Shown here one piece after another: positions 12,356 through 24,735 of a stretch of 64,000 nt of DNA. Made by a program: the position numbers and the translations under genes. Location of the stretch: contig NC_043019.1 in the NCBI RefSeq assembly GCF_006345805.1, positions 14,569,360 to 14,633,359 of the forward strand, written 5' to 3'. Origin of the DNA: Octopus sinensis (lineage: Eukaryota). A model generated the notes under the pieces. It did not search any database. It was given only the letters and a program-made list of their open reading frames with translations, and had not been told where the DNA came from. The stretch's first letter is position 1; each line of letters starts with the position of its first letter.

Positions 12356-12853
12356 CTAAGGTGGTTTATATTCAGAATTTTGTAGAATATGTATACAATT
12401 CATTTTATTTTCTCCCATTTTAATTCTAACTGATTCATCTTGGACAACCAAGTGTTCTTTAACATTGCCCAAAGAGATCAAGCCCTTTGTGCCTTCCATA
12501 GTCCTTACATTGTTAGCTTCAATCTGAACAATGCTTCCTTTTTGTCTAATACTGCCGTTATTTACATTCCATTCACTTCTGGTAAAGTCTTGTTTAACAC
12601 TGACAGCTGAGATGTGACCTCCGTTCTCTGTAATCACATCATTAATGACCTTGGTTTGGGCAACATCTTTGTCCCTGGTAGAAATGGTCTTGTTTCTTTC
12701 GGTCTGATTAGTAATCGTTTCACAGATGCTGGTTTTGGAGCAGCTGTGTTCTCTCCGACTGCTGTGTGGTTTTTGCTTCCTTATTTTGAAGTAGTCTGGA
12801 TCAACCAAAATAACATCATCTTCACATCTCCCAGTTAAGATATAACCAACATC
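12356..12853 (-). CDS. LRR gene, last coding exon (DVGYILTGRCEDDVILVDPDYF...EYKPP*)
   Basis: catttcAG acceptor at 12855/12854, phase 0, in frame with the LRR exon; open to TAG at 12358-12356. Confidence 0.78.
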   Translation of the reverse strand, partial: DVGYILTGRCEDDVILVDPDYFKIRKQKPHSSRREHSCSKTSICETITNQTERNKTISTRDKDVAQTKVINDVITENGGHISAVSVKQDFTRSEWNVNNGSIRQKGSIVQIEANNVRTMEGTKGLISLGNVKEHLVVQDESVRIKMGENKMNCIHILQNSEYKPP

Positions 12854-13556
12854 CTGAAATGAATCATTAGTAGAAATAAATTGACTGATTTTTATGGCAG
12901 TTTTTTTTTTTTTTTTTTTTTTTTTTTACATTTTTTTAAATGTTATTATTTTTTTTTTACCTAATTAATATAACAGTGATGTTATCATAAAACAAAATCG
13001 TTGAACATCATCATTAGCCAATTAGCATTCAAACCTGTCACACCTGGCCCAAATATTCTTCTTGTTTTATATTCAAACTGACCAGATCCACCCTTTCACA
13101 CCTACTCTACAATGTCATTTTAAACGTACACAATCACATCATTGAAATCTTGAAGCTATAAGATAATTCATGGTTGATTCAAAACGCTGTGAATAGATAA
13201 GCTTTACATTTGACAAGAACAATCTGAATGCTAAAGGGTTAAGAAACAAAATAATGATGGTACTCCCATTTTGAGGCCCACAAAGAAATAATTTCATTTT
13301 CAAACAAAATATGGGAATTTAAATACCATGACCCAATTGCTCTTTTCGTCTTTGAAATGTCAAATAGATTCGGCTGGCATTCAGTGAAAATAAAAAACGT
13401 AAACAATAGGAATTATTGTAAACTCTCAAGAATTTCAACAACAAAAAAAAACCAAAACAACCAGTCACACACCTTTTCACAATACAAAGAGAAATTTACT
13501 TTGTTTAAATTCAAGGTTAAAAAATATAACATGCCATGTTTACATTTTTTGACCTA

Positions 13557-14081
<525 letters not shown>

Positions 14082-14556
14082 TTACATTCCCTATGGCCAT
14101 TTCAGGGGTTCATCACCGCATTTAATGCACGAGGGTGCATCACAATAATTACTCTTTCATCAGGGGAAATATAAAGAAACACACATCACGTACCAGGGCG
14201 AGACCTCCTTAACCAAACCTGATGCAATATTGCATGGTTTCTTATTTAAGAAGTCATGATCAGACCAGCCCAAATATTCAAAATTCAAAACGTCCAACCC
14301 ATACCAGCAGGGAAAACGGACGTTAATCGATGATGATGATGATGGTGGTGAAATTCCATCTGACTCAAGCAAGTATGGGAAAAGTGGACATTAAATGAAG
14401 ATGATGATGATTTTCATCTTTATCATCACTATTATCATCCTCACAATGTCCATCTCATTCTGCTGCTAGTTTGCGGCGGATCTTTCTTAACGAGAAAATC
14501 ACAAGGAACGTTGCCATACCTCTTTGTATTATTACCTGATTAGAGAAAATTTAAAT

Positions 14557-15553
14557 CAGGGCTTCTCAACCATTTTTTACCTATGGACCCTTTCGATTCC
14601 TATTTTGCTCAGCTGGACCCTCATACCCATTTAATAGAAACCCTCTTATATTTTTGTAATAAAATATTATGAATTGTATAAAAAAAATGTCAGAATATTT
14701 TGTGTATTATGGACACATAAATTTTGACAACAAAATCTCTATATAGGCGTAGGAGTGGCGGTAAGTAGCTTGTTTACCAACCACATGGTTCCGGGTTCAG
14801 TCCCACTGCGTGACACCTTGGGCAAGTGTCTTCTGCTATAGCCTCGGGCCGACCAAAGCCTTGTGAGTGGATTTGGTAGATGGAAACTGAAAGAAGCCCG
14901 TCGTATATATGTATATATATATATATGCATGTCTGTGTTTGTCCCCCTAGCATTGCTTGACCACCGATGCTGGTATGTTTATGTCCCCGTTACTTAGCGG
15001 TTCGGCAAATGAGACCGATAGAAGAAGTACTGGGCATACAAAAAAATAAGTCCCGGGGTTGAGTTGCTCGATTAAAGGTGGTGCTCCAGCATGGCCGCAG
15101 TCAAATGACTGAAACAAGTAAAAGAGTAAAGAGTAAGAGTATATATATATAAAGCTGAAGTTGTCTGTACATGGCAGGTTAGGTAGCCTTCAACTAACAC
15201 TATCTCCTCCGAGACCCTGCAGCTCAAGTTGGCCAAAATTGAGAGTATGATAGAAGAAGGCTTGCTCTTCATTCAAATCAGACCATGTTAACACCAAAAA
15301 TTATTTACATCAAAAAGGTGCTTTTTTTCTATGAAAATCCCTATTTTTTACGACTGCTGTGTTGCCATTTTTCGGTGTATTTCAACCAGAAGAATGTTCA
15401 CTTAAAGAGAATAACAAGCTACGTAATGCAAAATTTTTACTTTTCAAAAATTCCAATTCTAAAGGGTCGAAACAAACCCGAGCAACGCCAGGGGATACTG
15501 CTAGTTATATATAAAACCCCAAAGGTGATGTGAACCCTGGTTGAGAAACACTG
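14557..15553. mobile_element. hAT-type MITE containing a nested SINE
   Basis: TIRs CAGGGCTTCTCAACC / GGTTGAGAAACACTG with a perfect 8-bp TSD ATTTAAAT (14549-14556, 15554-15561). Confidence 0.8.
14745..15139 (+). mobile_element. Major-family SINE nested in the hAT MITE
   Basis: Same head, body and tail as the copy at 7641-8032. Confidence 0.85.
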
Positions 15554-15617
15554 ATTTAAATTCTTTAAAATCTTGCAATTTCTCCCTAAGTTCTCCAAGA
15601 AGAGACACAAGACTTAC

Positions 15618-16346
15618 CTGCCATGACTGTGGTGCTTCTTGAATTATGTTCTCTCTCAAGTCAAGTCGATTCAAGTTAGGAAACGCTGTCAGGAAGTCAT
15701 CGGGGAGGTCAGCTATCTCATTTTCCCTTAAGTCTAACACCATAATTTGTGGTAAAGTAAGAAAACACTGTGGAAGCGTTTTAAACTTATTACAACTCAA
15801 GTTGACATGGTTGAGCGACCGAAGCTTACCAAAACTTTCAGGAAGGTCTGAGACTAAATTACTGGATAAGTTAATCCAATGGAGTTTAGTAAGTCCACCT
15901 ATAGTATCTGGTATGGAATTCAACTTATTAACTTTTGCACTGAATTTACACAAGTTTTTCAAGTTGCCAATTTCCTTCGGTAAAAACATGAGCTGACAAG
16001 CGTTCAACCAAAGTTCTTGGAGCTGATGCAGGTAACCAATTTCTGGCATGACTGTTCCAAGTGGGTTGTGACAGCAAATGAGTCTTTTCAGATTTTGTAA
16101 TTTCTCTATTTTGTTCGGTAGAAGAGTAAGCATGTTATGGTCCAATGTAAGTTCTTCCAACTCAACTAATTCACTGACTTCTGGCGGTAAAAGCAGTTTG
16201 TTGTTGTTAAGCATTAATCTATGAATCCATTTCAAGTTAATCAGATTCGATGGTATCACAGTTAGACAACGATGGCTCAAGTTCAATGAGGTATCTTTTA
16301 TTTTATAAGCATTTCGAATATAATTTTCCACTCCTAAAATCTCCAT
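15618..16346 (-). CDS. Leucine-rich repeat protein, main coding exon (10 LRRs with LPxEIGxL-type spacing); spliced product 408 aa
   Basis: ATG at 16346 (MEILGVENY...), ten LxxLxLxxNxL-like repeats, donor CAG|GTAAGT at 15618/15617, and acceptor ttttAG at 16380/16379 upstream. I cannot assign an orthologue. Confidence 0.9.
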
Positions 16347-16653
16347 TTGTTTATTATTTTTTCTTCTCAATTTGTCATCTAAAAAGAAAATTTTAAAAAA
16401 TAAATAAAATTATTAATCAATCAAAATAATTAAAAAGTATCGATAAACAGACTGTTATGGAAGAATTCTGACCACCCCCAAGTGACTAAAGGTGAACTAA
16501 CTTATTGTTATAAATTAAAGAACTGTGAGCGATTGGCAGTGTGTGTGGGTAGCAGTTCACTGTGAGCCTTTGATAAAGAGCATTGAGTCTCGTGTAATAT
16601 TAATGGTAGTGCATCGTGTATATACTTTCTTCTCTCCTGCTTCGTTATATTAT

Positions 16654-17047
16654 ACTAGCAGTATCGCCCGGCATTGCTCGGGTTCGTAAGGGAAATAACT
16701 ATAAAGCATTTTTAGAGAGTTATAGCCAAGAAATAGCAAAAAATGCATTAAAAATGAAAAAAAAATTATGGTAAATTTTTTTTTAAATCGTTGACTCATC
16801 GTAGACATTTTTAGAGAGTTACTTCCCTTATATTTAAAAAATATGCATTAAAATGGAAAGAATGATGGTAAATTATTTTTTAAACCGTAGACTCATCGTA
16901 GACACGCGCTAATACCCAGAAGGGCTCGATATGAATCATGACTATAAGATACCCGGTTTTGGTTAAACTGCACCGCAAAATGTGGGAGTAGTTAGGAATC
17001 TAAATCGGAGTAGACAGACACACAACTTGACTTTTATATATAAAGAT
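16654..17047 (+). mobile_element. HINE/DINE-1-like non-autonomous Helitron-type element
   Basis: Begins ACTAGCAGTATCGCCCGGC(A/G)TTGCTCGGG (short hairpin) and ends TTTTATATATAAAGAT; two more copies at 20257 and 20834. Confidence 0.65.
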
Positions 17048-17129
17048 ATTCAATACAAGTAAGTAACTGATTAGCTCTTGTAACTGTAACAAGTTACCTA
17101 ACAGTATATAAACAAACATATGACCAGTG

Positions 17130-17512
17130 TGATCATTGCCAGAGCAGCTAACTGGCTTCTGTGCCGGTGGCACGTAAAATGCACCGTTCAAGCATGATCG
17201 ATACCAGCATCACCTTACTGGCACGTGAAAAAACATTCGAGCGAGGTCATTACCAGTGCCGCTGGACTGGCTCCTGTGCAGGTGGCACGTAAAAAGCACC
17301 ATTTGAGTGTGGCCGTTGCCAGTACCACCTGACTGGCCCTTGTGCTGGTGGCACTTTAAAAGCACCCACTACACTCTCGGAGTGGTTGGCGTTAGGAAGG
17401 GCATCCAGCTGTTGAAACTCTGCCAGATCAAGACTGGAGCCTGGTGCTGCCAGTCCTCAGTCAAACTGTCCGACCCATGCCAGCATGGAGACCGGAGGTT
17501 AAACGATGATGT
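17130..17512 (+). mobile_element. RTE LINE 3'-end fragment
   Basis: Degenerate 62-bp units and the ...GTTAAACGATGATG terminus. Confidence 0.75.
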
Positions 17513-17665
17513 TGAATACAAGGATATAAAACAGACCAAATTCATTGAAGTTTATTTCTCAACTGCATGGTTTTGAAGATGCCCACCCTGTTGCCCACCC
17601 TCACCTATTTTCAAGCCAAATAATATTCTTCCCATGGCTAGAAGACAAGAAGTGAATATTCCCTT

Positions 17666-18345
17666 TTACTCTTTTACTTGTTTCAGTCATTTGACTGCAG
17701 CCATGCTGGAGCAAATCGACCCCAGGACTTATTCTTTGGAAGCCTAGTACTTATTCTATCGGTCTCTTTGGCTGAACCACTAAGTTATGGGGACGTAAAC
17801 ACACCACCATCAGTTGTCAAGTGATGGTGGGAGGACAAACAGACACACAAACTCATATGTCATCATCATTGTTTAACGTCCGTTTTCCATGCTAGCATGG
17901 GTTGGACAGTTTGACCGGGGTCTGGGAAGCCAGGAGGCTGCACCAGGCTCCGGTCTGATCTGGCAGTGTTTCTACAGCTGGATGCCATTCCTATTGCCAA
18001 CCACACGGTGAGTGTAGTGGGTGCTTTTTACATGCCACCGGCACAGGTGCCAGGGGGGCTGGCAACGGCCATGATCGGTTGGTGCTTCTTACGTGCCACC
18101 AGCATGGAAGCCAGTCAAGGCGGTGAGGTTTCTTTCCGTTTCTGTCTACCAAATCCACTCACAAGGCTTTGGTCAACCTGAGGCTATAGTAGAAGATACT
18201 TGCCCAAGGTGCCATGCAGTTTCTTTTCATTGAATCCATTCACAAGGCCTAAATCAGTCTGGGGTTATAGTAGAAGACAATTGTCCAAGGTGCTATGTAG
18301 TGGGACTGAACCCAAAACCGCAGGTTAGGAAGTAAGCTGGTACTA
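17666..18345 (-). mobile_element. Major-family SINE pieces interleaved with an RTE 3' tail (17863-18125)
   Basis: SINE 3' half, then (CAT)n RTE tail, then SINE 5' half. Confidence 0.65.
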
Positions 18346-19630
18346 ATCAACTTTTATGCTTCCTCAGATTTGGTGATTAAAAAGTATATTGATTCTAATT
18401 TTTTGCACAAGGCCAGCAAATCTTTTGTTAGGATAAGTTGACTGAGACCTTTGGAGATATGCTGTGATTCAGAAGACCCAGCATGCCAAGTGAGACTGTG
18501 ACCATGACAAATGCCAGTGCAGCATAACCGACCCACCTAAGTAACTTCAATCATTGGGCAATAAACTGCACTTGTGATGACCTGTTGAGGCAACCTCACT
18601 AGTGCTGGTTCCCCTTTTTCCCCTTGATGCCCTGAGCACGTGTTTATTTTGCATAATGGTTAATCAAGGGCATCTCTAAAGCACTCACGGCATTGCTGCG
18701 AGTGATTGCAAGCCTGAGGCGCTGGAACAAATAGCCAGGCATTCTTCCAAGCACCCATCTGATACTTTAGTGAGGCGGAACCCTAACGTTGTCAAAAACC
18801 TTGGTGAGTGGCCCAACACTCACCAACGTCTCAAAACCATAGCTTAAAAAAAACGTAGTACATCGACTGGTTGCGAGATTCGAATGCCTTATTTCGTTCA
18901 TCTACGAATGTAGTAAACTTCATCACCGACGTAGTATTCCTTTGTTCTTAAATATTGTGTGTGTATATACACATGTTTCGTTCTTTTTTGTGTATATTCA
19001 TTTTTTTCTTAAATATTGCGTGTGTATACATAAAAGGATTTGTGCGTATGTTTAGTGTAGACACGGAGATAGTTGACTGCCTGCGTCAGTTGTTGACTGC
19101 CATGACACTGCATCCTTTAAGGCCCTCATGCTTTCCGAAATCCGTCGAAACTACACCTGATTATATATGCACTTTAGATGAGTTGTAGTGCACCTGAGCA
19201 CTGTACACAATGTTTACTATTATTATTATTAAGGGACGTGTAATAAAATAAAGAGTCCTTGTACGAGGTCTCTGCCTCTAGCCTAAGGGTGAAGAGCGAG
19301 TCCATCAGGGCTCTTCTCATCTGTATTTCTCTTGGATAGTTCTATGTTAATGAAGTATTTAAAAATATTGTAGTTTGTCGCTAAGTTTTATTAGTTTAGC
19401 AAGCCTTTTGTTCATATTTGTGTTATGGTGGAATCTGAGCGTCTGCTTTAGTCAACTGGCTGGTTGTTTATGTATTATATAAAAGTTTACATTGAATTAA
19501 TCTGCGTTGAATTGGGAAAATAAAATAATAAATAACTTAGGAGAACTTCAGAAACAATAACTATAATTATGATCTCAGACTATTAATTATAATCCTTACA
19601 AGTATAAAACGTTAAAAGTACAAAACTTAC

Positions 19631-19715
19631 TGGTGTCAAATCTGTTTATTGAGAGTTCGCGGTTTGAATTACAAGTTTGTTTACGACTACTTCCTGTTAG
19701 TTGCTTAGCAATTAG
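19631..19715 (-). promoter_or_regulatory. Putative non-coding first exon and core promoter of the LRR gene
   Basis: Minus-strand donor CCA|GTAAGT at 19631/19630; TGTTTAC (forkhead) near 19678-19684, CAGGAAGT (ETS) at 19689-19696 and GTTGCTTAGCAAT (X-box-like) at 19700-19712. Confidence 0.5.
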
Positions 19716-19875
19716 AGTAGCTTTTTTTACCTCCGGAAAAGGAGAACAGCTAATTTAATTACGGTGGACACGATCTCTACTTAAAATGCGGACAGACTCC
19801 GGCTATCATACGTTTCTGTCTTCTGTCTCACATACATCTTAAATTATAAAGTCGATCTTTCTTTAACCAGCCGGT

Positions 19876-20131
19876 GGTACCACTGGAGAACAGTGGTCCC
19901 GACGCGCGCACTCGCGCTAGCTAGTCATGACTAGTCGATCTTCACTTTGTATTTTTGTGTTTTATTTACTTTGTTTAACAAAAATTATCTACTTTGTGTT
20001 AAAAATTATTTATTTTGTGTTTCATTTACTTTGCTAGGTAGTCGTTGTAGGATCGGCTGGTCACGACTAGCTAGTGCGGATGCGCATCTACGCGAGTGCG
20101 CGCACCGGGACCACTGTTCTCAAGTAGTACC
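19876..20131. mobile_element. 256-bp MITE with GG-starting TIRs and an 8-bp TSD (Merlin-like)
   Basis: TIRs GGTAC(C/T)ACT(G/T)GAGAACAGTGGTCCCG...; TSD CAGCCGGT at 19868-19875 and 20132-20139. Confidence 0.75.
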
Positions 20132-20256
20132 CAGCCGGTAAAGTCATCGAGTGTTTTCCATCTCTGTCTACACTGGCTTCTTCCTTTCATTTTGCCAGTT
20201 GTCTCCATACGTTGAAGTCGTTTGTCCTCGCTCTAATTAATAACCGTTTATTTCAC

Positions 20257-20630
20257 ACTAGCAGTATCACCCGGCGTTGCTCGGGTTTGTAAGGGAAATA
20301 ACTATATAGGCATTTTTAGAGATGTAAAGTATAATAGCCATCTCAATATGGCTAACCACAAAGGGGGATGTTACTGTAGCTTTTTACATTTTTAGAGAGT
20401 TACTTCCCTTATATAAACCGAGCGAAAATGCATTAAAAATACGGAAAAATTATGGTAAATTTTTTTTTAAATCATAGACTCATCGTAGACGCGCGCTAAT
20501 ACCCAGAAGGGCTCGATATGAATCACGACTATAAGATACCCGGTTGTGGTTAAACTGCACCGCAAAATGTGGGAGTAGTTAGGAATCTAAATCGTAGGAG
20601 ACAGACACACAACCTTTTATATATAAAGAT
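20257..20630 (+). mobile_element. HINE-like element, copy 2
   Basis: Same termini and body as 16654-17047. Confidence 0.65.
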
Positions 20631-20833
20631 TATACGTTTGATCACACCTGAAAGGGCCTTAGCCAGCATGATCCCTAATTTAACTTCTTCAATGGTTTCT
20701 TTTTCTCCTCTTCTGATGAATTCTTTATTATGATCACATAGGATCGAAACATAGAATGGGGACATCATAAAACAGACAAATACAAAATGTTGGATGAGTT
20801 CGAATGATTATAATAAAAATTCATTTATATATA

Positions 20834-21108
20834 ACTAGCAGTATCGCCCGGCGTTGCTCGGGTTTGTAAGGGAAATAACTATATAAGCATTTTTAGAGAG
20901 TTATAGCCAAAAAATAGCAAAAAATGATGGTAAATTATTTTTTAAAATCGTAGACTCATCGTAGACGCGCGCTAATACCCAGAAGGGCTCGATATGAATC
21001 ACGACTATAAGATACCCGCTTTTGGTTAAACTGCACCGCAAAATGTGGGAGTAGTTAGGAATCTAAATCGGAGGAGAGACACACAACTTCACTTTTATAT
21101 ATAAAGAT
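20834..21108 (+). mobile_element. HINE-like element, copy 3 (internally deleted)
   Basis: Same termini, shorter body. Confidence 0.65.
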
Positions 21109-23573
21109 TTAATAAAAATAATTAATTTTAAAACTGGCGTAACTTGGCTAGAGGTACCAGACACATGTCAAGAAAGTGTTGTTTTTTTTTATATATGGGG
21201 GATTAGGGTTATGGTTAAGGGTGGGAGAAAAGGGTTTCTGTTATCTTCAGAAATGTAAACAAAGCCACTTACGGTACCTATACCGAAGAATCACCTTAAA
21301 ACTTTTCACTAGAACTTTTTTTATTTTTAAATAAACACCATAAGCAGAAAGAAAAAAATACAGTGATGACGGTATAGTGTACCACTATTTATAACGGAAC
21401 TAACTTAGCTGACACCGGCCAATTTCCGTTGAATAAACGCGCAAAATTTAAAAGCTGCGACTCCAATAAAACATTTTCGATTCCGTCAATTGGGAATCCA
21501 GAACCGTTGATCTTAACACGACCTTAATACATTGACATAACTTCAGACTGGAATCACCCTTCATTCCTTCCCAGAAAAATGGGTACTTGTATCGCAGAGT
21601 GGTCCCGGTTGCGCACGCGCGTATTCGCGCGTGCGCGCTAGCCAGACGTAGGTACTCGATACTTGAGATCCTACGAGGTGACTTGCGCATGCGCGTTACA
21701 ACCCCCCACCACCACCATATAATTTGTTAAACTTAATGAATTAATTTCTTCACACAAATGTATATAATTTTTGGGTAAAATTACAGAGTAACACCCGCAC
21801 GATTTTCAGTAAAAAAAAAAAAAAATCGGATTTTTTAGATACCTTTCTGCTTTTTAAGACAATAAGGTGTTATTGGAGGGAAATCTGGCTGCTATTTCTA
21901 GCTGCCTGAGTGACAACATAGCGATTCCCACGCGGATTTACAGATAAATGAATTAATTACTATTTTACAGAATAAAATTAATGAATTAATTATATAAATT
22001 AAATAATTCTTAAAAATTAATTAATATTCATAATATTTTTTGAACAAAGTAAATAATTTTTAAAACTTAAATAATAATTTTTTTTTTACACAAACGCGAA
22101 CGTATATAACGCGCAAAATTATTCCGTAGAATTTATCAAATTAAAAAACGCAAAATTAATATATTTTTTGAAATTGCAAATTATTTAGAATATAAAAATA
22201 TACAAAATATAAAACAAATGAAGTTTGAAGTTAAGTTTAAAAATAAATGTGATACCTATGCTCTGTAAGTTGCTAAATCTTCTTTTGTCCAATTAATATA
22301 ATATATCAATAATTTGTTCACACTTGAATTTACTATTTTCTAGAAATGTTCCTTTTCTAATTGAAACCATTTTTCTACATAACCATATATAACTCCATCC
22401 GACAAATTTTTTTTAGCTACTTCCCTTACGCTAGAAATTTTTTCGCACGTGATGATATCAAAGTGAACAACTTTGAATTACGCGCGCTTCCGGTGGTGGT
22501 AGTGGTGGTGGTCATTAGTAAACAAATTATTGATATATCAATAATTTTATACAAAACGAATAACTTTCAAATTCTATAAAGCAATGCAAACAAAGGAAAA
22601 TAATTTAAACACTAATTTTAGGCTTTCCAAACGAATTTAGCTGTTTAGGATGTCAAGCTTTTCAAACGAATTTAACTGTTTACGTTAACTACGTCACAAA
22701 ATAGCTGTTTATGTCACAGTAGCAGTATGTTTAGACGTGGAAAATTATTTCAGCTCAAAACAGAGAATACGATTGGTTAAAATTCGAAGAATTAAACTAC
22801 CTAAAACTTACAAAATACAATTTTCTCAAAAAAGCTAAGTGAAATTAATGTTTTCTTTTGACACATTCTACCAGTATACGAAGTTTCAAATTGTTTAGTT
22901 AACTAGAAAATTCCGTCCATCAAAAGGAAAAGATCCAAATTATTTTCCATTGCTTTAGTTTTTTTTTACACGCGTAACAAATTAATTTAACAATTAAGAA
23001 AAAAAAGATTTAGAGTTAGGGGGAGGGTGAGGGTTACAGGATGTTGTCTCAGTTTTAGATGCAGCAAATGATTTTAGCTCAAAAGAGAGCATAGGATTGG
23101 TTAAAATTCGAAAAATTAAACTACGTTAAACAAACGGATTACAAATTTATCAAGAAAGCCAAGTGAAAATAATTCTACCAGTATACGAAGTTTTAAAGTG
23201 TTTAGTTAACTAGAAATTGTGTTGCTCGGGTCACTGCCTGGAATCGAACTTGGAATCTTGGGGTTAATAGCTCATGCTCAAAACCCTTACACTATATGCC
23301 CGTGGGCATATGTAAATGATATAATTTGCCTATAGTAATTTGAAGATTTTTATTAGTTCTTCAGTAGAATTTCAAGAAAACATTCTGGTTTTGAAGGAAA
23401 ATCAATTGCTATGTATGTTTGTATGTTATACCTTATTCCTCATAATCTGTTTTATTGAAAGACGAATGAAATTCTATGCATCCAGTATCTTAAGATCTTG
23501 ACATGATGATGATACATGGATGTCACTTTCAGATTCTGGGTGTCAAAAAAATCCTGTCTCACAACCAAGTATT

Positions 23574-24735
23574 TTACCTGTTACGAAAAAATTTTTTTTT
23601 GTCGATCCTTGTTATATTTCCTTTTATAAAATAAAACACTTTGTTGTCTTTTTGGTTCATCATCATAGCATTTTCACCAAAATTACTTCGGCTTATTATC
23701 AACGTATCACATTTAGTCAGAATATGTTGGTCCATAATGACCTTCCTTAAACCTTCACACCTATTTTTCACATTTCCACTTGGTTGATCCACATGAAGTA
23801 TTTTCCCAGGGTTGTACACGATTTGAGGAGAAAATTGTTTTAAAGCTATCTTCTGTACCTCTTCTGAGTCTGTTGTCACAAACATTTTGTACTTGCTGGT
23901 GTTTTTGTATTTACTTAAGAAGTTCCAGAGAGATTGAACACTTGACATTGACATCCTTCGGTCATCATGTGGCATTGTGGGGTTCCGTCCAATTCGAATC
24001 TGAGCACACACCAAATGCATATTTGGGTTGGGGATATTGACTTCAAAGAATTTGTCAATCGCTTCTTGAAAATGATCATTGAATCGAAACATTAAATTCA
24101 TTATTTTAGCAAATACATTTCCATATGGCATTTGTGATGACCAAAGAAGTTGTTTTTTGTAGCGAGGATTCTCTATTAAGCTGTGAAAATAGATATAATT
24201 TGTTGTCACATAGAGGACATTTTGGGGGTGGCGTCTTTCTAAGTCTACTGATCGTAAAGCAGATATGTACCCTTTATCTCCAGTCAAACGTAGGTGATGA
24301 CTTTTTAGGCCATGCAACTCTTTTGGGTCAATTGTCCAGTTAATTTTGTTTGGTTGAAGATATTTTGCTAAATTACAAGGTTTTGAAATAATGATGCCAA
24401 AACGACGACCCATGGCCTGTGCCATTAAATATACAGAGACTATTCCATGCTGCCTATCTCCCCAACCTCCACACTCTATATTATTAACACAGTAATAAAT
24501 AATATATTTCGTTTTGTTGTTTAACTGAACCAATTCCTGTTTCTCTTTGCTTACAGTTTTGTTATTTATATGATGCACTTGATTATTTGGAAATTCCTTA
24601 GAATTATTTATAAACTTTTGGTTGTGTTTGTTTAATGTTGTCCCTGTATATTCTTTATTCACAGAATATGCTTCCAGGCAAGCAGAAAAGTAGAAAGAAG
24701 ATGCTGACCACAGCAATGAATCCAAGAACTCGAAT
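23574..24735 (-). CDS. GT-B fucosyltransferase-like protein, large exon (TM segment, stem, catalytic domain), copy 1; frameshifted near its 5' end as assembled
   Basis: Motifs CGGWGDRQHG, CAQIRIGRN, MFVTTDS and DQHILTKCDTLIISRSNFG match the alpha-1,2/1,6/O-fucosyltransferase motif order. Acceptor catttctAG at 24737/24736; 364 uninterrupted codons from YSVNKEY to the stop. Confidence 0.8.

Noticed and set aside
15501-15617. C-terminal extension of the LRR ORF (VSLVSLL...IYN)
   Set aside because: It lies beyond a strong CAG|GTAAGT donor and runs into a hAT MITE; it is intronic read-through.
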